In this document: positions 58,400 to 64,000 of the stretch, in pieces
Layout: the number at the start of each line of letters is the position of its first letter
Position numbering within the stretch: position 1 is the stretch's first letter
IMG/VR virus record: IMGVR_UViG_3300022555_000030
Span: 24,295-88,294 of that record
DNA length: 64,000 nt
Direction: 5' to 3' (one strand)
DNA from: a virus
Lineage: Duplodnaviria > Caudoviricetes
The notes under the pieces: generated by a model
Databases searched by the model: none
What the model was told of the DNA's origin: nothing
Seen by the model: only the letters and a program-made list of their open reading frames with translations
Translations under genes and position numbers: made by a program

Positions 58400-58807
58400 T
58401 TACACCTCTAAAAATGGTTCCAAAACTGCTAATATATTAGACTCAATCTCTAGCGGTTTATCCATGTTGTGGTGACATTTATCACAGGTAGAGGAAACCA
58501 TTTCTGGAAGTTTGATTTTATCCTTTTGATCTAGATCAGTTTCCTCTTCCATCAACTCGTTGACTTTGGCTTCGAGTTCCTTTTGCTGGATTTCAGTCAA
58601 AGGTATATTCACGCCCTTATCATCTTTTTTAAGCGGCAGGTATTCTTTGACAATATCCTTCCTGACCTGCTCAATAGGCTTCTGAGCATCCACCAGTTTT
58701 ATAGTGAGTTTAGCCACCGCCAAACTTGTTCGGACTGGTAGTTTGACTTCTCCTAATCGCTGAATAGTGTTACCTGCAAGATAGATAATATGATTTTTAA
58801 CCTTCAT
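58400..58807 (-). CDS. DUF1617-like hypothetical protein
   Basis: KLPVRTSLAVAKL...R..IVKEY...ELMEEE. Confidence 0.6.
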   Translation of the reverse strand: MKVKNHIIYLAGNTIQRLGEVKLPVRTSLAVAKLTIKLVDAQKPIEQVRKDIVKEYLPLKKDDKGVNIPLTEIQQKELEAKVNELMEEETDLDQKDKIKLPEMVSSTCDKCHHNMDKPLEIESNILAVLEPFLEV

Positions 58808-58822
58808 CTCCTCTCCTTCTTT

Positions 58823-60682
58823 TTACGCTGTATCTAATATCCCAATGCTAACCAGAGCATTGACCAGATCGCCGAGAGCCGCCCAATTGTTGTAACTGGC
58901 TTTCAATGGCTGAATATTCGCCGCATGACCGAAGAATCCCATCTTTCCAGCATTGAACGTCAACTCTTGTGAAGCTACTGCGGTTACGTCCGTGGCACTA
59001 TAAGCGGCAAATTTGCCCCAAATTAAGGACTGAGCATCCTGATGTGCTCTAGTTGTTCTATCAAAAGCGTCAATAAAAAGTTCCGATGTAGCATCGGCAG
59101 CAGCCTTACGTCCACCTGCATAATATCCAAGAGCAACACAGTTGGCAGCAGTAGTCTCCGTAGCAAGTGCATAAGCTCCAACTGCTGTATTGTTGCTTCC
59201 GCTTGTATGTGCATACATAGTATGGAAAGCAACCGCTAAGTTATTACCACTAGCAGAAGAAGTCATTGAATAAAGTGATTCAGAGCCGATAGCCGTATTT
59301 TGATACATTGATGTAGATTGCCAAGCGGCTAATTGGCCTATCATAGTATTGTGATTACCAACTGTCATGCTGTAGCCAGCATTATAACCCATCGCAACAT
59401 TCAGATAACCAGTCGTAATGCTGCTAAGAGTCTTATATCCAAATGCTGAATTGCGATATCCAGATGTGATACTTTCCATAGTGGACTGACCAGTAGCTAC
59501 ATTCCCATAACCAGTAGTCAAAGAGTACATACTTCTAGTCCCTACAGCCGTGTTATAATAACCAGTAGTCAAGGAATACAAACTTCTCATGCCAACGCTA
59601 GTATTAAATTGTCCTAATTGCAATTTATCAGGAACTATAATATTTGCCGCTGTGATTGTCCCGTGAGAAATCGGACTTATAAATGTTGCGGGAGTAAAAG
59701 CGGTTGAACCTAAGATATTCCCAACGGCAGTATAGCCAAGAGTGTTCATATGGATATGGTCGCCAGAATCATAAAGAGTATTTAAGGTGGCTGCTGGACT
59801 CATAATGGGTATACCGGCCCAGGTGCCGTTATAAAGGCCAACGACCCTGTCGACATTGGCAGCTGTGGCAATCCATGTATTAACAGTTTCAAGAGCGGTC
59901 TGTTTTTGTGCGTTCCAGCCGGAGTAACCTGTCATTGGTGTTTCAGTACAGGCAATTACATAAGCGCCTGCCGTTTTAGCTGCAAGGTAGATAGAAGCCA
60001 AAGCGGTTTCGATAGCGGTAATCGCGGCAGCATCACCAGAACCAATACTATTGATAAATCCCCAATGGATGAAGATACCAACATTATTCAAGTTGGTGAC
60101 ATCTGTGGTCATACGTGTCAGCATATCAGTAACCGTTGAACCGTCCACGCCTCTATTGATAACGTCATATTTAGGAGGAACGGTAGATGTGATGACCAGC
60201 GTTGCTGTGCCGGTTGTCGCGCCTGAATCACAGGTATTAAGGCCAGCTACTAATGATTTCGGAGAACTGGCTATGGTTGCCGTTCCAGAAGTCAAGGTTC
60301 CTGTAACTCCATAAGGCAAGGTAATCGTAAATGTTCCTGCTGAAGTGATATGAATGGTTGTAGTACCGGCGGCGATTACTCCAGCTTCGGTAACTACACC
60401 AGTAAGGCCATTAGCAAGAATGGTATTTTGTAACAAACCCTGCAAAATATATTCAGTTACCCTAGCATTCAGGCGAGAATCTCCCATGCAGTAAACGGAG
60501 GTTATTGCATCCAGATCAGGAGTAGTAAAATCGCCGTCACCGATATTCAAACCTCCGAGCTTGAGGTTCTTGTAAGTCCCCCCGGCCAGGTTTTCCAGGC
60601 CGAGAGTATTGGCATTATATTCATAAAGCCTCAGATTGGGTGTTTCCAATCCCACATCGTATTGTCCTATAGTTCTTCTCAT
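58823..60682 (-). CDS. Tailspike with SGNH/GDSL esterase and autotransporter-head-like repeats
   Basis: GDS, G, N and DxxH (GDHIH) blocks; 14-aa NTAVG repeats. Confidence 0.85.
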   Translation of the reverse strand: MRRTIGQYDVGLETPNLRLYEYNANTLGLENLAGGTYKNLKLGGLNIGDGDFTTPDLDAITSVYCMGDSRLNARVTEYILQGLLQNTILANGLTGVVTEAGVIAAGTTTIHITSAGTFTITLPYGVTGTLTSGTATIASSPKSLVAGLNTCDSGATTGTATLVITSTVPPKYDVINRGVDGSTVTDMLTRMTTDVTNLNNVGIFIHWGFINSIGSGDAAAITAIETALASIYLAAKTAGAYVIACTETPMTGYSGWNAQKQTALETVNTWIATAANVDRVVGLYNGTWAGIPIMSPAATLNTLYDSGDHIHMNTLGYTAVGNILGSTAFTPATFISPISHGTITAANIIVPDKLQLGQFNTSVGMRSLYSLTTGYYNTAVGTRSMYSLTTGYGNVATGQSTMESITSGYRNSAFGYKTLSSITTGYLNVAMGYNAGYSMTVGNHNTMIGQLAAWQSTSMYQNTAIGSESLYSMTSSASGNNLAVAFHTMYAHTSGSNNTAVGAYALATETTAANCVALGYYAGGRKAAADATSELFIDAFDRTTRAHQDAQSLIWGKFAAYSATDVTAVASQELTFNAGKMGFFGHAANIQPLKASYNNWAALGDLVNALVSIGILDTA

Positions 60683-61254
60683 GCCAATGTACCTCCTGCG
60701 ACTTCGGCTCTGAAATGAGCGGAAACAGTACAGACATAATTTACACCGGTTGCGCCGCCCATTATATATAACTGTATTAATTTACCAAGTCCTACTCTGC
60801 AAATACCCTCCCAGGTTAACTGGTTCCCAGAGGTTAAATTAACTACCAAACCCTGTACCGTTGTGATTAAAACTTGCGGTGTAGCGTCATTAGTTTGGAT
60901 ATAAATCCCAGTTAAAGCGCCACCAGCCGCTAACGCTGGCATCTGAATAACCAGTTTTTCCAGATCTACAGCTCCTACGCTTCCAGTGAACAATATGTAG
61001 CCTGCTGAGGCCTGATTTAAACTAATCGTAGTGGTCTTTAGCTGATAAGTTCCAGCACCAGATCCAGAAATACTAAGTAACCCTTTAAGATATGCCATTT
61101 GAGATGATGTTGTATTAGCTGTAGTTACAGCTGTATCAGCTTTATTGCCTATTACATCACGTTCTAATATATTATCTACAGAATCTTGAGAAGGAGTAGA
61201 TAAATATGCCGCAATTGAACTAAGTAATGACCCCCATTCTATTTTCCAGCTCAT
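60679..61254 (-). CDS. Hypothetical structural protein
   Basis: ATGA overlap; SD AGGAG. Confidence 0.7.
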   Translation of the reverse strand: MSWKIEWGSLLSSIAAYLSTPSQDSVDNILERDVIGNKADTAVTTANTTSSQMAYLKGLLSISGSGAGTYQLKTTTISLNQASAGYILFTGSVGAVDLEKLVIQMPALAAGGALTGIYIQTNDATPQVLITTVQGLVVNLTSGNQLTWEGICRVGLGKLIQLYIMGGATGVNYVCTVSAHFRAEVAGGTLA

Positions 61255-61339
61255 ATTAAGGCTCCTATAAAGATATATTTATTATTTATTTAATTATCAA
61301 AAAACCATTAATAATTTTAATATTATTTTATATCCCCTT

Positions 61340-63967
61340 TTAATTCCCCATTACTGTTACAACATATCTAGATACCCAACTTGTAGTTGCCGCTAATGAA
61401 TAAAAATTCAGATATCTATTATTTGTACCAGTATCCCATACTACGGGTATTGTTTGTGTTCCTGTAGTGGTAGTTTTCACAGAATTACCAAATGCAGGTG
61501 CAGTTGCCGATACCGTTGTATCTGTTGGGAAAGCAGTAAATAACTTGGCAGTGAATGTATCACCAGTAGTTCCAGTATAGGTTCCAGCGTCAAGCGTACC
61601 AGAAGCAGCACTTGCAGTGGTTGTGATTAAATCAATAGATAATATACTAACTTGCTGTCCAAAAGGATTATCAAGCGATAAAATCATTGTTGTTGCAGTA
61701 GTACCAGCTAATATTCCCGAATATGTGCGGATTTCACCAGGTGCGATACCCGTATTGTTTGTCATGGTTGCAATCTTGCTAACAGTGGTTGCCGATAATG
61801 GATAGGCTGAATAGTCAGACCAACTATTTCTTGATACCTCTACACCCGTAACTGTCCCTGAATCAAAGTTAATAGGAGCGTTCTGAATAATACTAACGGT
61901 ATTGATATTGTCGTTTGCTGAATGGGCATGACCGACGGCAGCATACAAGTAAATTGTTTTAGCGTAAGCGTCTATAAATTGGATACGTGGATTATCAGTA
62001 ACACCTGTCGCTATCTCAAGCCTCATGCCTTCACTAAGAGTTTTTAGATAACCTGTACCAGTTAAAACAATCGAAGTCTCTGTTCCTGAAAGATTACCTG
62101 CCAACTTCCATGTTCCTGCAGCAAGCAAAGTAGCTGAATCCCTGAAAGTGTTATTGGTGATTTTACCACCAGTCAAAGTACCTGTGACTGTAATAGGGTT
62201 AGTATTTCCATGTCTTTGATTTCCACTGTCGAAAGTGCAGGCATTTACAGTTAAATTATTGACGGTATAAGACACAATCTTAATATCTTCTCTGCCAGCA
62301 TAACGAGAAGTAACGTTATTGAACTCTATATTGTCTCCACTATAAAGATATATTGACTCGTATGTAGCACCATTGATTGTCAAACCTTCAATCTTTATGT
62401 TACGTGAAGGACTACCAGCAGGGTCAACCGATGTAACATGACCAACCTGCACTCCATATTGAGCACCGTTAATCTCTCCACCAGTCCATGTAATTTCATG
62501 CGAACCATGACTAATCCAAAGGCCTTTATATTCTGAAAGCATCTCAACTGTACGATTATAATAGTTGCCTGTTAGCACAATTCCGTAAGACTCAAAAACT
62601 TCATAACCAGTATACCCTACATTGGTTACGTGGTTATTGGAGATAGTCACGTCATGGGTGGCTCCCGTTACGCTGTCACCAGATAAGACCATAACACCAT
62701 AGCCAGAAGCGTAAAGCATATTGCTAATATTATTGTTGTCAATTTGAACGTCCCATGAGTCATGCTCGGCTACTATACCACCGTAGCCATACCCTTCAAA
62801 TATATAGAAGTTTCCAGTGGTCACTCCTGTTATTGTATTTATACCAGGATTAAGGTGTTGATAGTTGGTAGTTGGAATGGTTGAGCCAATAGCCATTCCC
62901 CAAACACCATCAGGCAAGGTAACAATAACATCGCCTGTGTTGGTAGTGGGGACTTGATATTCATAGACGCTTCCGACTGTTATCGGAAAACCCGTAACAT
63001 ACGTCCCTGAAACTGTGATTCCAGTTAGAGAGTACATCAAACCTATGACGGTATTATCATGGACGTTAATCCCGTGCGCTCGTTTAGTGGTAAGAGACGG
63101 AATGACGGCATTTCCGATTGAAACAGCTTCCCATGATACACCTTTAAAGTAGTTAGAATCTATCTCCCAATTCGTGCCGTAGCCTGTTTCGATAGCTTTC
63201 TGGATAGTACTATGCAATAAGTTAGTGGTACTTCCAGATGTGGGAATCCCAATAAAGGTACAGTCGTGGATATGCACATCATCAGCCAATGGGTCGTCAC
63301 CGTTCAACCCATCATTATAAGGGCCTGTTATACATTGAGGTGGCATTACGGGTGCGACTGTGGTATCGGTATAAATAAAATTAACATGGTAAAACTCAAT
63401 ATTGGAAGCTTTGATTCTAAAAGTCTCTTTGTTGAATGTACCGCCTTGATAAACGTCAATAGAAGAACCTGGGCCACCTTCAATAGTGATATTATTCTGA
63501 TTGACAATACATTTTGCCGACATGACAGCCCGACCTGTAAAATAAATCTTCCCACCAGTAGAAGCTAATGCGGCTATTGCGGTATCAAAATCAGTATTGG
63601 CAGTAGTCGCACTTCCTATTACATTTGCGTGGACTAATTCTATGGCAGTTGAACCTGGGAAAGCTATAACATAGGTAGCTGTACGACCTGTAGAGGCTGT
63701 AAGGTTAGTAGTAGTTAATGTACTTGTGCTTAAATTAGTAACCGTTAATGTATCTGTATCTGAGTTATAAGTTAAGCCAGAATCATCTACTAATAAGCCA
63801 CCAGACCCTTCAATAGGTATTCTCCCAGCCGTTAAATTAGGTATACATGTCATAAGACTATTATTTTCTATAAAAGCCTTATGGCATGAAGGGCATGTAT
63901 ATGTTGAGCCTTCTAATCTATGCTGAACTAATGTTAATTCAATACTATCATAAGGACAATTAGCCAT
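61340..63967 (-). CDS. Tailspike with right-handed parallel beta-helix (pectate-lyase-like)
   Basis: Repeating G/N/I beta-helix rungs; FDTAIAAL..TGGKIYF entry motif. Confidence 0.8.
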   Translation of the reverse strand: MANCPYDSIELTLVQHRLEGSTYTCPSCHKAFIENNSLMTCIPNLTAGRIPIEGSGGLLVDDSGLTYNSDTDTLTVTNLSTSTLTTTNLTASTGRTATYVIAFPGSTAIELVHANVIGSATTANTDFDTAIAALASTGGKIYFTGRAVMSAKCIVNQNNITIEGGPGSSIDVYQGGTFNKETFRIKASNIEFYHVNFIYTDTTVAPVMPPQCITGPYNDGLNGDDPLADDVHIHDCTFIGIPTSGSTTNLLHSTIQKAIETGYGTNWEIDSNYFKGVSWEAVSIGNAVIPSLTTKRAHGINVHDNTVIGLMYSLTGITVSGTYVTGFPITVGSVYEYQVPTTNTGDVIVTLPDGVWGMAIGSTIPTTNYQHLNPGINTITGVTTGNFYIFEGYGYGGIVAEHDSWDVQIDNNNISNMLYASGYGVMVLSGDSVTGATHDVTISNNHVTNVGYTGYEVFESYGIVLTGNYYNRTVEMLSEYKGLWISHGSHEITWTGGEINGAQYGVQVGHVTSVDPAGSPSRNIKIEGLTINGATYESIYLYSGDNIEFNNVTSRYAGREDIKIVSYTVNNLTVNACTFDSGNQRHGNTNPITVTGTLTGGKITNNTFRDSATLLAAGTWKLAGNLSGTETSIVLTGTGYLKTLSEGMRLEIATGVTDNPRIQFIDAYAKTIYLYAAVGHAHSANDNINTVSIIQNAPINFDSGTVTGVEVSRNSWSDYSAYPLSATTVSKIATMTNNTGIAPGEIRTYSGILAGTTATTMILSLDNPFGQQVSILSIDLITTTASAASGTLDAGTYTGTTGDTFTAKLFTAFPTDTTVSATAPAFGNSVKTTTTGTQTIPVVWDTGTNNRYLNFYSLAATTSWVSRYVVTVMGN

Positions 63968-64000
63968 TTATTTATTCCCCCATAATACTATTATACTATC

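Noticed and set aside
1-64000. Alternative genetic code, tRNA genes, integrase or att sites
   Set aside because: Known genes are intact under code 11; I saw no cloverleaf or T-loop signature and no recombinase by eye (tRNAscan was not run).

Overview
This window is 64 kb from the interior of a large, AT-rich, tailed dsDNA bacteriophage (siphovirus-like: tail tube, frameshifted chaperone and tape measure are present, no sheath was seen). I found no host genes, integrase, tRNA or CRISPR array. Layout: (1) 1-5.2 kb (+): about 24 tiny, translationally coupled ORFs joined by a conserved GGAGGGTAAATAG(A)ATG-type junction and built from reshuffled paralogous modules. (2) 5.2-14.1 kb (+): an early-type region of short transcription units, each behind a conserved TTTTTGCTW-N15-TATAAT promoter, often with upstream GACTACC boxes. 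It includes a COOH-NH2 ligase + class II glutamine amidotransferase pair and two candidate structured RNAs. (3) 14.1-15.6 kb: a repeat-rich convergence zone. (4) 15.5-30.3 kb (-): two ClpP-like proteases, HD and metallophosphoesterase enzymes, a zincin next to the portal, portal, TerL/TerS, a divergent PanD-like protein, and a class II RNR with two inteins (one ending in Gln). (5) 30.4-41.8 kb (-): replication and nucleotide metabolism (RuvC-like, PD-(D/E)XK, dCMP deaminase, RecA, DnaE, ThyX variant, dUTPase, SSB, primase, DnaB). (6) 42-64 kb (-): a putative non-canonical lysis pair (papain-like peptidase + membrane protein), tail and head-tail genes, and a GC-richer tailspike block. The major capsid gene is not recognisable in the window. 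All family assignments come from motif recognition by eye; no database searches were run. The host is unknown, and a peptidoglycan-poor host such as Chloroflexota is only an inference.
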